Shown here: piece after piece, positions 16,445-26,108 of the stretch
Position numbering within the stretch: the first letter of the stretch is position 1
How the letters are laid out: each line of letters begins with the position of its first letter
Origin: Cylindrospermopsis raciborskii Cr2010
Lineage (GTDB): Bacteria; Cyanobacteriota; Cyanobacteriia; Cyanobacteriales; Nostocaceae
DNA length: 32,000 bases
Assembly (NCBI RefSeq): GCF_003367075.2
Contig: NZ_CP065936.1
Span: 3,360,001 to 3,392,000, forward strand
Direction of reading: 5' to 3'
Program-made: the position numbers and the translations under genes
Notes under the pieces: generated by a model
What the model was told of the DNA's origin: nothing
Database searches by the model: none
Seen by the model: the letters and a program-made list of their open reading frames with translations, nothing else

Positions 16445-17236
16445 TTATTGCGGAGAAACCTGCGGTAATTTTGCACCACACCTTTTACAAAATAGAGCGT
16501 CACCATCATGAAAAGCTAAACCACAACTTGAACAAGTGTTCTCTACCTGATTAGAGGTTTTTAAAAATCTTTTAATCAAATCCCCCACTTGCCAAGGAAT
16601 CAAGGCCACACCGGTTAAAATCATGAACACAGTTAATAACCGTCCCCACTCAGAAACAGGTGTCACATCCCCAAATCCTACAGTTGTCATGGTGACTACC
16701 GAGAAATAAAAAGCATCTAAAAAGGTGTTAAACCTTTCATGGTTAATCGGATGTTCAACCTGATAAATCAAACCTGAATACACAAAAATGATGGCAAATA
16801 AGGTAAATAATATCCGGGCAAAAATTACACTATCTTCACTAATACTAAAAAATAGGAACTTTTTATCGATGAATCTCAGTAATCTTAAAATTCTTAACCA
16901 TCTCAATAATCGAATAAATCTAATATCCACAAACCCAATAAAGTATGGAATGATTGCCATCAGGTCAATGATTGAATAAATACTAAAAAAATATTTCCCT
17001 TTCTGCTTTGCGCTCCATAAACGCAATAAGTACTCTCCGGTAAATATGGCTAGTATACAGGTGTTTAAGATGCTCAGTTCCGTGCGAGCATCAGGAGAAA
17101 TATTATAGGTTTCTACTACAAATATTGCCGATGACAACAAGACCAATAATGCTATTACGAAATTAACTATCTGGCCAACAGGGGTTGTTAAATCTGTTAA
17201 GTAAAATTGGATTTTCTCCCTATTGAATAGGTTCAT
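16445..17236 (-). CDS. 6-TM voltage-gated-type K+ channel with a C-terminal zinc ribbon
   Basis: The S4-like segment is RFIRLLRWLRILRLLRF. The selectivity filter is TTVGFGD (nt 16667-16687). The C-terminal CSSC-x12-CKRC lies at nt 16478-16534. Confidence 0.8.
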   Translation of the reverse strand: MNLFNREKIQFYLTDLTTPVGQIVNFVIALLVLLSSAIFVVETYNISPDARTELSILNTCILAIFTGEYLLRLWSAKQKGKYFFSIYSIIDLMAIIPYFIGFVDIRFIRLLRWLRILRLLRFIDKKFLFFSISEDSVIFARILFTLFAIIFVYSGLIYQVEHPINHERFNTFLDAFYFSVVTMTTVGFGDVTPVSEWGRLLTVFMILTGVALIPWQVGDLIKRFLKTSNQVENTCSSCGLAFHDGDALFCKRCGAKLPQVSPQ

Positions 17237-17321
17237 AATAAATTATGATTTAAGGTAAGTAAGGTAAGCAAGTCGATTTGGTATGTCCCCATTGTACCAC
17301 CAAAAATGCTACCTATTACCA

Positions 17322-17819
17322 TCACCTATATTGACGACGATTCCTTTGTTGGAATTGCTGCCATTGTGCTCTTTGTTCAGGAGTTAATACGGACTGTATT
17401 TTTTGTCTGGATGATGCTCTGATTTCTCGAATTTGATTTTTTTGCCCATCTGTTAAACCCAAAGAACGCAAAACATCACCCATGTGACCACGTCTTCCAT
17501 AGTATCTTGGTTTTGACTCACTAGGGTTGGGATATTCTGTCTCACGTTGTTTCACTGCTGCTTGGAATTTAATCTTTTGTTCCGGTGTGAGAACACCCTC
17601 AATTTTACTATGGGTATCACGACGGATATCTCGTATTTTAGCTTGTTGCTCTGAGGTCAAATTCAACCTTTGAAATGAATTTCGTTTTTCTCTGGTTTGA
17701 TTAACTGGTGTTCCTGTTAATAGTGTCCTTTCACTAGCAAAAGCACTCTGAGAAACTCCACCCACCACTAACAAAGTGATCAGCCCAAAGCTAAAAAGTT
17801 TTTTAGAGTTAACTCTCAT
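17322..17819 (-). CDS. Secreted Spy/CpxP-family (LTXXQ repeat) protein
   Basis: The signal peptide ends AFA/SE. There are four LTxxQ motifs in two duplicated halves (LTSEQQAKIRDIRR...LTPEQKIKFQ and LTDGQKNQIREIRA...LTPEQRAQWQ). Confidence 0.6.
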   Translation of the reverse strand: MRVNSKKLFSFGLITLLVVGGVSQSAFASERTLLTGTPVNQTREKRNSFQRLNLTSEQQAKIRDIRRDTHSKIEGVLTPEQKIKFQAAVKQRETEYPNPSESKPRYYGRRGHMGDVLRSLGLTDGQKNQIREIRASSRQKIQSVLTPEQRAQWQQFQQRNRRQYR

Positions 17820-17930
17820 CGTTTTTCACCTCAATAAAATCAATTTCTATTCTATCTTTCCAGGTTGACCCTGTTAACCAGAGATTGGTTCCCACCCTTG
17901 CGGATATTTTTCGGTCATTTTGAAACTGCT

Positions 17931-17955
17931 GGGGGGTTTAAGTCCTAAACCCCCT
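17931..17955 (-). terminator. Perfect 9-bp GC-rich hairpin just downstream of the glmM stop (possible terminator or RNA-stability element)
   Basis: gggggttta (17932-17940), loop agtcc, taaaccccc (17946-17954). No adjacent U-tract on either strand. Confidence 0.35.
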
Positions 17956-17965
17956 TAGATTGGTC

Positions 17966-19420
17966 TTAACCCAAATGCTTCTGCACTTGTAAAACTATTT
18001 CCCTAGTCCAGTAGTTAACCAATTCCCTATCCCTAGCTTCCACCATTACTCTAATAACCGGTTCTGTACCAGATGCACGAACCAATATTCTACCACTATC
18101 TCCCATTGCTACTTCAGCAAGAGCGATCGCCTGTTGTATAGGTTGACATTTTTCCCATCCCAAGCGTTGTTCCCTATCTTCCACGCGGACATTTTGTAAC
18201 ACTTGGGGATAGGTTTGAAAACTCTCATCTACCATCTGTGCTAGAGAAACTCCCCCTATTTTGACTATGGAGGCTAAATGCAATGCTGTCAATAGTCCAT
18301 CTCCAGTCATACCATAATGACGACAAAGAATATGTCCGGACTGCTCCCCTCCTAACATTCCCCCTGTTTTTAGCATTTCTGCTTGCACGTATTGGTCCCC
18401 AACTGCTGTGCGAATTAATTTACCACCTTGCTGTTCCCACGCTCTTTCAAATCCTAGGTTGGCCATGACTGTGGAAATAATTAGGTTGTCTGGCAATTTT
18501 CTTTCCCCCTGCAACTGACAACCCCAAAGGTACAAAATATAGTCCCCATTAACTTGTCTACCTAAATTATCCACCGCCAATACCCGATCCGCATCCCCAT
18601 CAAAGGCGAATCCTATATGCGCTCCATATTCTTTTACAGCATCCGCTAAAATGTCCAAATGGGTAGAACCACAATTCACATTAATGCGATCGCCATCCGG
18701 TTGGTTATGTAAACAAATTACGTCAGCTCCCATCTGGGTAAATATGGTTGGTGCTATTCCCACAGCAGCTCCCCAGGCCACATCTAAAACTATCTTCATT
18801 CCTGAAAGATTTACCTGATTTTGTAATGGATGTTGCAGTGCTTTACCGTAATTTCCGATTAAGTCTGTTCTCAGGTAGTGTTTACCCCATTGTTTAGGAC
18901 TACTACTAGGTGTAGTTTTACCACGCAGTCCCGATTCTATTGCGACCTGTAGTTCCTTGGATAATTTTGTACCCTCGGAACCGAAAATCTTAATACCGTT
19001 GTCTTCCGGTGGATTGTGACTCGCAGAAATCATTACCCCACCCATGGCGGAGGTAATGCTAGTCAGATAAGCTACACAAGGCGTGGGGCATAAACCCAAG
19101 TACCACACTTCTAAACCCGCTGCAGTTAAACCTGCACTCAAAGCCATGGCCAGCATATCACTGGAATTTCTGGAATCTTGACCCAGAATAATCGGTCCAT
19201 CATCCACACTGTGATCCCGCAGAACCATACCCGCCCAAAAACCTATTTGTAAAGCCAGAGGTGCGCTTAATAGCTCTCCTACCTTGCCCCGAATACCATC
19301 AGTGCCAAATAAAGGTGTTGCAGGTAAAGGTATGAGGTTCAGAGCAAAACTACTTTCTGTTTTCAATTCTTTTGACACCAAGCTTTGAGTCCGATTCATA
19401 GAAGAAACCATTTTTAACAC
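17966..19420 (-). CDS. glmM: Phosphoglucosamine mutase
   Basis: Motifs: LFGTDGIRG, the phosphoserine loop [27 protein letters not shown]. The exact start is uncertain (Met at 19420, 19411 or 19399). Confidence 0.9.
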   Translation of the reverse strand: MLKMVSSMNRTQSLVSKELKTESSFALNLIPLPATPLFGTDGIRGKVGELLSAPLALQIGFWAGMVLRDHSVDDGPIILGQDSRNSSDMLAMALSAGLTAAGLEVWYLGLCPTPCVAYLTSITSAMGGVMISASHNPPEDNGIKIFGSEGTKLSKELQVAIESGLRGKTTPSSSPKQWGKHYLRTDLIGNYGKALQHPLQNQVNLSGMKIVLDVAWGAAVGIAPTIFTQMGADVICLHNQPDGDRINVNCGSTHLDILADAVKEYGAHIGFAFDGDADRVLAVDNLGRQVNGDYILYLWGCQLQGERKLPDNLIISTVMANLGFERAWEQQGGKLIRTAVGDQYVQAEMLKTGGMLGGEQSGHILCRHYGMTGDGLLTALHLASIVKIGGVSLAQMVDESFQTYPQVLQNVRVEDREQRLGWEKCQPIQQAIALAEVAMGDSGRILVRASGTEPVIRVMVEARDRELVNYWTREIVLQVQKHLG

Positions 19421-19659
19421 TCCACACCATCACCAAAAATCAGCAGAATTTTGATTACACTTATAACACGTTAATATTTATCCCACAATTGTTTCTCTTA
19501 CCAGAAGTACTGAGTATAAACTATTTTACGGCATTCCCAACTTAATGAATTTTAATATAAATTCTCATCATAAAGTTCTAATGTAACTTTTTAGTGGGAT
19601 TTTTGACAATTTGTTGTAAAAACCCCAACAGTTGACTTTTTAAAGTAGAGAAATTTAAC

Positions 19660-20376
19660 ATGAGCAGTAATTTAGCCTCCAAGTTACGAGTAGGAACCAA
19701 AAAAGCACACACCATGGCAGAAAACGTAGGTTTTGTCAAGTGTTTTCTCAAAGGAGTTGTAGAAAAAAACTCATATCGCAAGTTAGTTGCTAACTTTTAT
19801 TTCATTTACTCAGCAATGGAAGAGGAAATGGAAAAACATAAAACCCACCCGGTTGTGGGCAAAATTTATTTTCCAGAACTGAACCGCAAGCGCAGTTTAG
19901 AACAGGATTTAGCCTACTACTATGGTTATAACTGGCGAGAGCAGATTCAATTATCCTCTGCTGGTGAAGCATACGTAAAACGTATTCGGGAAATTTCCGC
20001 CACAGCACCAGAATTATTAGTTGCACACTCCTACACCCGTTATTTAGGAGATCTCTCCGGTGGACAAATTCTCAAAAACATTGCCGTAACCGCAATGAAC
20101 CTCACAGCAGGTGAAGGTACTAGTTTTTATGAATTTGCAGATATTAGCGATGAGAAGTCATTTAAAACTCAATATAGACAAAATCTAGACGCTATGCCCA
20201 TTGATAATCAAACAGGCGATCGCATTGTAGAGGAAGCCAATGCAGCTTTTGGTGTGAACATGAAAATGTTCCAAGAATTGGAAGGGAATTTGATTAAGGC
20301 CATTGGTATCATGGTTTACAATGCCTTAACCCGGAAACGGTCAAAAGGTAGCACGGAACTAGTAATTGCTGAGTAG
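19660..20376 (+). CDS. ho1: Heme oxygenase
   Basis: 238 aa. Motifs: LRVGTKKAHTMAENVGF, YTRYLGDLSGGQIL. Confidence 0.9.
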   Translation: MSSNLASKLRVGTKKAHTMAENVGFVKCFLKGVVEKNSYRKLVANFYFIYSAMEEEMEKHKTHPVVGKIYFPELNRKRSLEQDLAYYYGYNWREQIQLSSAGEAYVKRIREISATAPELLVAHSYTRYLGDLSGGQILKNIAVTAMNLTAGEGTSFYEFADISDEKSFKTQYRQNLDAMPIDNQTGDRIVEEANAAFGVNMKMFQELEGNLIKAIGIMVYNALTRKRSKGSTELVIAE

Positions 20377-20406
20377 TAGTTGACTTCTTCCCATTGCAGG
20401 TGGCCA

Positions 20407-20706
20407 CTAGCTCCCTGCAGAACTATCAGCCAATTCCGATGTAACGCCCTTTACTCTTCGAATGGGCAAGTTGGCGATCAAAGCAGTGGTACGTTGGTCA
20501 CTTTCTAAAGAAAACTCGGAGCCATTAGTGTCAATTTCTACATACTTACAGACAACCTCCAAAATTTCCTGACGCATTTTATCCAGGGTTTGGGGGTCTA
20601 TGCTAGCGCGGTCATGGGCGATAACCACTTGCAGTCTACGCTTCACCTGATTGCGACTGGTGTCGGTTGTGCGGACAAAAAGTTTTTCTAAAAGTTCAAC
20701 AATCAT
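20407..20706 (-). CDS. minE: Cell division topological specificity factor MinE
   Basis: Start placed at the internal Met ([10 protein letters not shown]..., complement ATG 20704-20706), giving 99 aa. [10 protein letters not shown] fits MinE, and the gene lies downstream of minD. Confidence 0.85.
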   Translation of the reverse strand: MIVELLEKLFVRTTDTSRNQVKRRLQVVIAHDRASIDPQTLDKMRQEILEVVCKYVEIDTNGSEFSLESDQRTTALIANLPIRRVKGVTSELADSSAGS

Positions 20707-20848
20707 TGCTAGTACTTGCCGAGAATTGAAAAATAAGTTATGTGTAACAAGATACCTGATAAAGTATTGAAAACACACTATAAGGATTGTCTTGTTTTTC
20801 AGCCCCTGATTTAAAAAGTTGGTAAATATTCTTGTGTCCTGGTTGAGT

Positions 20849-21646
20849 TTATTTCCACAACAATTTACGCAAGCGCAGTAGGAGGTTGTCATTACTCGAA
20901 TCAAGGTCGAGAAATTCCACAGTTCCCCCTTCTAATCTGCGAGCAATGTTTTCGAATGCTACAGAGGCCATAGAAGGTGTTTCTGACAACACCAGTGGTT
21001 CCCCCTTGTTGGTGGAGACTATCACACGTTCATCATCGGGAATGACTCCGATTAGGGGAATAGCAAGAATTTCTTGTACGTCCTCCACTGACATCATATC
21101 ATTAGCTCTCACCATTGCTGGTCTAATCCGGTTGACTATTAAATGAATTTTTTTAATATCTTGTGCTTCTAGTAGTCCCACCACTCGGTCAGCATCACGA
21201 ACAGAAGAAATCTCCGGTGTGGTGACAATAAGAGCTTCGCGAGCAGCATTAATAGCGTTTTTGAACCCCATTTCAATCCCTGCTGGACTGTCTATCAATA
21301 CATACTCATATTTTCGCGCCAGTTCATCTACCAGCAATTTCATTTGTTCTGGTGTAACAGCATCTTTAGTACGATTTTGAGCTGCTGGGAGCAACACCAG
21401 ATTTGGTTGTCGCTTATCCTTCACTAAAGCTTGCTCTAGGCGACATTCTCCCCCTAGAACTTCCAGTGCTGTATAAACTATGCGGTTTTCTAGTCCTAAT
21501 AACAGATCTAAATTTCTCAGTCCAAAATCCGCATCCACCAGGGCTACCTTGCGCCCAGTCTTGGCTAAGGCCATGCCTAGATTTGCGGAAACTGTGGTTT
21601 TACCCACTCCTCCTTTACCGGAGGTAGTTACAATAATACGACTCAT
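20849..21646 (-). CDS. minD: Septum site-determining ATPase MinD
   Basis: The deviant Walker A is GKGGVGKTT. Start placed at [13 protein letters not shown] (complement ATG 21644-21646), giving 265 aa. Confidence 0.9.
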   Translation of the reverse strand: MSRIIVTTSGKGGVGKTTVSANLGMALAKTGRKVALVDADFGLRNLDLLLGLENRIVYTALEVLGGECRLEQALVKDKRQPNLVLLPAAQNRTKDAVTPEQMKLLVDELARKYEYVLIDSPAGIEMGFKNAINAAREALIVTTPEISSVRDADRVVGLLEAQDIKKIHLIVNRIRPAMVRANDMMSVEDVQEILAIPLIGVIPDDERVIVSTNKGEPLVLSETPSMASVAFENIARRLEGGTVEFLDLDSSNDNLLLRLRKLLWK

Positions 21647-21717
21647 GATAGCAACGGATTTAATTGAGTTAGGCAGCAACAGCAGTCAATCAATAGCACT
21701 TAACTTTCTGGCTAAAG

Positions 21718-22620
21718 CTATATTTTACTTAGCTGATTCCTAGAAAAGCTAGTGGCTCTGGCAATACGAATACCATTATTAGTGATATACGCAACCTCTG
21801 GAAAAAAGCTGGTTAGTGATTTTTCCGGAGACCTGGCTAAAGCATCGGCAATTCTGATTTGAGTTGGCTCCATTTGCAGGGCCATGATTAAAGATTCCCT
21901 GTTTCCCCCTGCACCAGCATGGGCCACTCCTCGTAAACGTCCCCACACCATAATGTCCCCTTTTGCCACCACAATACCACCAGGATTGATGTCTCCTAAA
22001 ATAACTACCGTTCCAGGATGGCGAATTTCCCCCCCAGATCTGATAGTTGTTTCTAAATACAAAGCATCTGCTAGAGCTTTCGGATTTTCTTGGGTGTCAT
22101 TACCAAAGGATGTTTGTATTTTCGTCTGCTCAACGGAACATCCTATTGTACAAGCTGCGATCGCAGTTTGTCTCCTGCTGGTAATTACTAGTTTTAATTC
22201 CAGTTGCAGGTCATTTAAGGTATCTTGCAGCTGTTGTAACTGCCTACTATCTAATAGGCGATCTTTTGCCACCAAATGTAATACACTATTGGGCTGACGC
22301 AGGCGATCGCTCCCTTTAAGACGCTGTTGGATTTGTTGCCAAATTTCTGACCAGGTAAACGTGGTAGCTGGTGCTTGGGATTCAGTGGGCAAGATTAATA
22401 GTATTTTACCATCCTCTGTTTTTATCTGGACTTGAACATTGTGGTTTATATTGTGATTAATACTGTAGTTAAGAGAGTCCGATGGAAGACCGTTCTCATC
22501 CAACTCAGTCTTCTCTGGGGGACTAACCTCTATATTGTTCATAACATGACCTGACTCTAGTTCCAAATTTGCTACCGACTTGCGAACATGATAATTCATA
22601 GTTTTTCCCGATTTTTGCAC
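21718..22620 (-). CDS. minC: Septum site-determining protein MinC
   Basis: The C-terminal beta-helix repeat is GTVVILGDINPGGIVVAKGDIMVWGRLRGVAHAGAGG...PTQIRIA. It lies upstream of minD. The start codon is uncertain. Confidence 0.75.
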   Translation of the reverse strand: MQKSGKTMNYHVRKSVANLELESGHVMNNIEVSPPEKTELDENGLPSDSLNYSINHNINHNVQVQIKTEDGKILLILPTESQAPATTFTWSEIWQQIQQRLKGSDRLRQPNSVLHLVAKDRLLDSRQLQQLQDTLNDLQLELKLVITSRRQTAIAACTIGCSVEQTKIQTSFGNDTQENPKALADALYLETTIRSGGEIRHPGTVVILGDINPGGIVVAKGDIMVWGRLRGVAHAGAGGNRESLIMALQMEPTQIRIADALARSPEKSLTSFFPEVAYITNNGIRIARATSFSRNQLSKI

Positions 22621-22654
22621 TGCTAACTACCAAGTATCCATCCCAAATTCCCAA

Positions 22655-23989
22655 TTACTTGGCTGGATTAGTAATGGTTAGTCGTTGACAAATTGTAGCT
22701 AATCCATCCACATTACCTACATTACCTGGAAATAAAACCAGCGGTAGATTAGGGAAATGAGGATGATCAGATGGGGTAATGACCATGGAGCACCCGGGCA
22801 AGATTTGACCCAATAACCTAGCGGAGGTCAGGGCAAGTCCCGTACTCAACACATCGTTAGAAGTTATACCTCCTTTACTGATAAGAAATCCTATGTCCCT
22901 GGGTAGTCCCCGGACGATATCCATTAACAAAGCTGAAACCCTAAGTCCAAAGTCTAACCTGGTTTTAACATCTGGAAAAGTCAATTCTTGACGACTGGTG
23001 AAGACCACTGGTATTTTGTCTGCATGATGTACCTGTTCTACCTGCTCCAGAATTTCTTTTAAAAGTTCCCCAGATTCATTTACCGATTCATAGAGGAGTT
23101 TGGCCACATTCACTTCTATTCCCACCGTTTGAGGAATTTTTAACAATGACTCCAATTGTTGGGTGGTTTTTTTCACGTGGGATCCTACAATTACTGCTCC
23201 TGGCTTACCACCGCGCACGTACCTAGCCATATTTTCTGGGGCGATGGGTTGGGGAGGTAAATTGGCTAAAGCGGTTAATATACTAGCAGCAGAACGGAAC
23301 AAAAAGCGTTTACCCTGAGTAGCGGCGGTCAATATGTCCCTCGCAAACATGTTGAGGTCTTCCTGGGTTTCTCCATCAACTACTCCACACTGATTATTGT
23401 GTAGTGTTAATAATCTACTCAAACTCCCCTGACGCATATCTTCCAGGGTAAATTTGGTGACTGCACTTTCCGGTATGCGCCCTTGAGTTTTTTCCTCAAC
23501 ATATTTAGGTAGATAACTGTAATTGTAACCAAATACTGAATCACGGGCAAATTCCGTTTCATGTACGGGGGTGGGAATACCATCAACAATTAGGTAATGG
23601 ATGGCATCACGAGTGATTCTACCACCTTCAAAAAATGCCGGAATCAAAAAATGGGCATCAAAGGGTCCTAGTTCCTCAGCTATCACATCCGTTTCTATGG
23701 GGTAATGACCACGCAATGTGGAGTCAGAACGACTTACTACCAGAAAATCTGCCACATTTTCTTCTGCTAGGGCAATTTTGAGGTTATGACACACTTCTCG
23801 AGTGGTTTTATCCGCTGCTTCTGGGGTAAGGGAGCGCGTGTTGGTCAAAACAAAGAAAATAGGGGCATGATCCTGGAGACCTAAACGAAGAGTTTCCACA
23901 TCCCATTGCATTAGCAGTAGACAACTGTGAACCGTTTGGGAACCTGTGGGATCATCATCTAAAACAATTATCTTGAGTCTTTTATTCAT
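22655..23989 (-). CDS. Four-carbon acid sugar kinase family protein (DUF1537 type)
   Basis: 444 aa. The N terminus IIVLDDDPTGSQTV and the overall size resemble the DUF1537/OtnK-DtnK family. This assignment is from memory only. Confidence 0.55.
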   Translation of the reverse strand: MNKRLKIIVLDDDPTGSQTVHSCLLLMQWDVETLRLGLQDHAPIFFVLTNTRSLTPEAADKTTREVCHNLKIALAEENVADFLVVSRSDSTLRGHYPIETDVIAEELGPFDAHFLIPAFFEGGRITRDAIHYLIVDGIPTPVHETEFARDSVFGYNYSYLPKYVEEKTQGRIPESAVTKFTLEDMRQGSLSRLLTLHNNQCGVVDGETQEDLNMFARDILTAATQGKRFLFRSAASILTALANLPPQPIAPENMARYVRGGKPGAVIVGSHVKKTTQQLESLLKIPQTVGIEVNVAKLLYESVNESGELLKEILEQVEQVHHADKIPVVFTSRQELTFPDVKTRLDFGLRVSALLMDIVRGLPRDIGFLISKGGITSNDVLSTGLALTSARLLGQILPGCSMVITPSDHPHFPNLPLVLFPGNVGNVDGLATICQRLTITNPAK

Positions 23990-24380
23990 TGAGATTGGCT
24001 AATACTAACAAATATTTTATATTTAGAAGTTCCACAAATATTATCTATTATATCATCGCCAACTTGCTAATTTCCAGTATTGAGCAAGAATGGGGGCGTT
24101 TCTTGACACCCCCTTAACCTATGCAATCTCAAGACCTTTCCTCAACCTAAGTCCAATGGTTCCATGGTTTTGGCAAATTGGCACACAAAATTTTCGTGCC
24201 ACCGGTCTAATGAAAATATAACCAATAAAAAAGGTTAGCCTTCTAGGGGAAGGATGGTACCCAACCCCTGGAACTCAAACTCTTGGGGAATATGCTTGCA
24301 TAAAAACAAACATATACTGCACAGCCGTGACTTGTTTTTTGAACTAGCATTGTTTTTCAAGGATTCACTATATTTGATCA

Positions 24381-24761
24381 TTAATCATTGATTAATTGAG
24401 AGATAACTCTATCAGCTTCTAACCTCTGATAAGTTAAACTAACTAAACTGGCAATATTGCGTGAACCTTGTTTTTGACAAGCGAAAGCAAAAGCGTCTAA
24501 TAGCATACCAATGTTAGTAGACTCATTTGCTAAAGATAAGATAAATTCAGTAACACCTGGTGCTGTTGTATCCACTGGTATGGCTTTCATGAGAAAATGT
24601 AAACACTCGGTGGAAAACATGGTACCTTCTAATTCATGGCTCTGGGTGGCAAGAAGAATAATACCAGACATAATTTGATTTGGTGTTATTCCCCCTTCCA
24701 TCAGAAGGATAAATAAAGAGGCCACACTGCTGGGGGTATATTTGTCGAGCTTGATATTCAT
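24381..24761 (-). CDS. Hypothetical protein (126 aa), no recognisable motif
   Basis: It is the only long ORF in the interval and its composition is not repeat-like. No signal peptide or catalytic motif was recognised. Confidence 0.45.
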   Translation of the reverse strand: MNIKLDKYTPSSVASLFILLMEGGITPNQIMSGIILLATQSHELEGTMFSTECLHFLMKAIPVDTTAPGVTEFILSLANESTNIGMLLDAFAFACQKQGSRNIASLVSLTYQRLEADRVISQLIND

Positions 24762-24874
24762 AACGCCTATATAATTAGGTGTAACAATAAACCTGGAATT
24801 TTTGGCTCATCCGGAAAATTTAACTGATTTTTTTACTCTATTATTTTATTTATTTATTTTTCAGTAGGTGTAAT

Positions 24875-26101
24875 GTGAATAAGCAGCTAAAATCAGGTTT
24901 ACTGGTGCTGATCTTTAGCATCACCATGATGATAGTATTGATATCATCCTTAACTTTGAGAGCGGAAGTGGTTGTTTCCCAAGAAAAAAGATTGGGAACA
25001 ATGGGAATATCGGAGTCAAGAGGTGTGTGGTTAACCAATATTGACAGTGATGTTTTATTTACCAGGGAGCGGCTAAAAAAATCACTCAAAACCTTGAGAA
25101 AGTTGAACTTTAATACGGTTTACCCCACGGTCTGGAATTGGGGTTATACACTTTATCCCAGCCAAATAGCCAGTCGGGTAATTGGTAAATCCTTAGACCC
25201 TACACCGGGGTTAAAAAACCGAGATATACTGAAGGAAATAACTGCTCAAGGACATAAACAAGGTCTAACAGTTATTCCTTGGTTTGAATTTGGGTTTATG
25301 GCTCCTGCTGATTCCCTACTAGCCCAAGCAAGACCAGAATGGATTACTACCCGCAGGGACGGTACTAAAATCGTAAAAGAAGGGATACATGACCGAGTGT
25401 GGTTAAATCCATTTCATCCCGAGGTGCAAAAATTCATGGAGAATTTAATTGTAGAAATCGTCAAAAATTATGACATTGACGGTATTCAGTTTGACGATCA
25501 TTTTGGATTGCCTTCGGAACTGGGATATGATCCCTATACTGTAGGGTTATACAAACAGGAGCACCAAGGGAAAGCACCGTCTGAAAATTTCCAAGATCCA
25601 GAATGGGTAAAGTGGAGAGCAGATAAAATTACTAACTTGATGAAGCGAGTGTTTTTTGCCATTAAAGCCAACAAAAAGAACTGTCTAGTTTCTGTTGCAC
25701 CCAATCCCCAAAGATTTTCCTACGAATATTATTTAGCAGATTGGCAAAAATGGGAACGGATGGGACTAATAGAAGAACTCGTATTACAAGTGTATAGGGA
25801 TGATTTAAAGGTTTTTATCAGTGAATTAGAATACCCAGAAGTAAAAGCTGCCCAAAAACATATACCCGTGAGCATAGGAATTTTAACCGGTTTAAAAAAT
25901 CGTTCTGTTCCCATAGAGCAGATTGCAACCCAGGTAGAAAAAACACGCGATCGCAATTTTGCCGGGGTTGCTTTCTTCTTTTATGAAACCCTATGGAACA
26001 TGAGTCAAGAAACAGTTGCTAAACGACAAGGTAGTTTTCAAAAACTATTTCCCAGGACTGTTCAAAGGAACACCCGACTTCCAAGTCGGGTGTCACCCTA
26101 A
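24875..26101 (+). CDS. Secreted glycoside-hydrolase-like family 10 (GHL10/DUF187, YngK-like) protein
   Basis: GTG start with an N-terminal signal/anchor (LLVLIFSITMMIVLISS). RGVWLTN...FNTVYPTVW...GIQFDDHF is reminiscent of GHL10 TIM-barrel proteins. Confidence 0.6.
   Translation: MNKQLKSGLLVLIFSITMMIVLISSLTLRAEVVVSQEKRLGTMGISESRGVWLTNIDSDVLFTRERLKKSLKTLRKLNFNTVYPTVWNWGYTLYPSQIASRVIGKSLDPTPGLKNRDILKEITAQGHKQGLTVIPWFEFGFMAPADSLLAQARPEWITTRRDGTKIVKEGIHDRVWLNPFHPEVQKFMENLIVEIVKNYDIDGIQFDDHFGLPSELGYDPYTVGLYKQEHQGKAPSENFQDPEWVKWRADKITNLMKRVFFAIKANKKNCLVSVAPNPQRFSYEYYLADWQKWERMGLIEELVLQVYRDDLKVFISELEYPEVKAAQKHIPVSIGILTGLKNRSVPIEQIATQVEKTRDRNFAGVAFFFYETLWNMSQETVAKRQGSFQKLFPRTVQRNTRLPSRVSP
26070..26091 (-). 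terminator. Hairpin likely terminating the M50 protease transcript, embedded in the last codons of the convergent GHL10-like gene
   Basis: cacccgact (26070-26078), loop tcca, agtcgggtg (26083-26091). The minus-strand RNA continues UUCCUUUG after the stem. Confidence 0.4.
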
Positions 26102-26108
26102 AAAATTA

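Noticed and set aside
19543-19575. The AT-rich quasi-palindrome upstream of ho1, as a Fur box
   Set aside because: The best alignment to the 7-1-7 motif is only about 8 of 14 positions. That is indistinguishable from generic AT-rich promoter DNA.
24810-24815. TCCGGA (DIF1-like heterocyst promoter motif) upstream of the GHL10-like gene
   Set aside because: This palindromic hexamer is expected many times by chance in the window. The downstream -10 candidates (tactct) are weak, and there is no supporting evidence.
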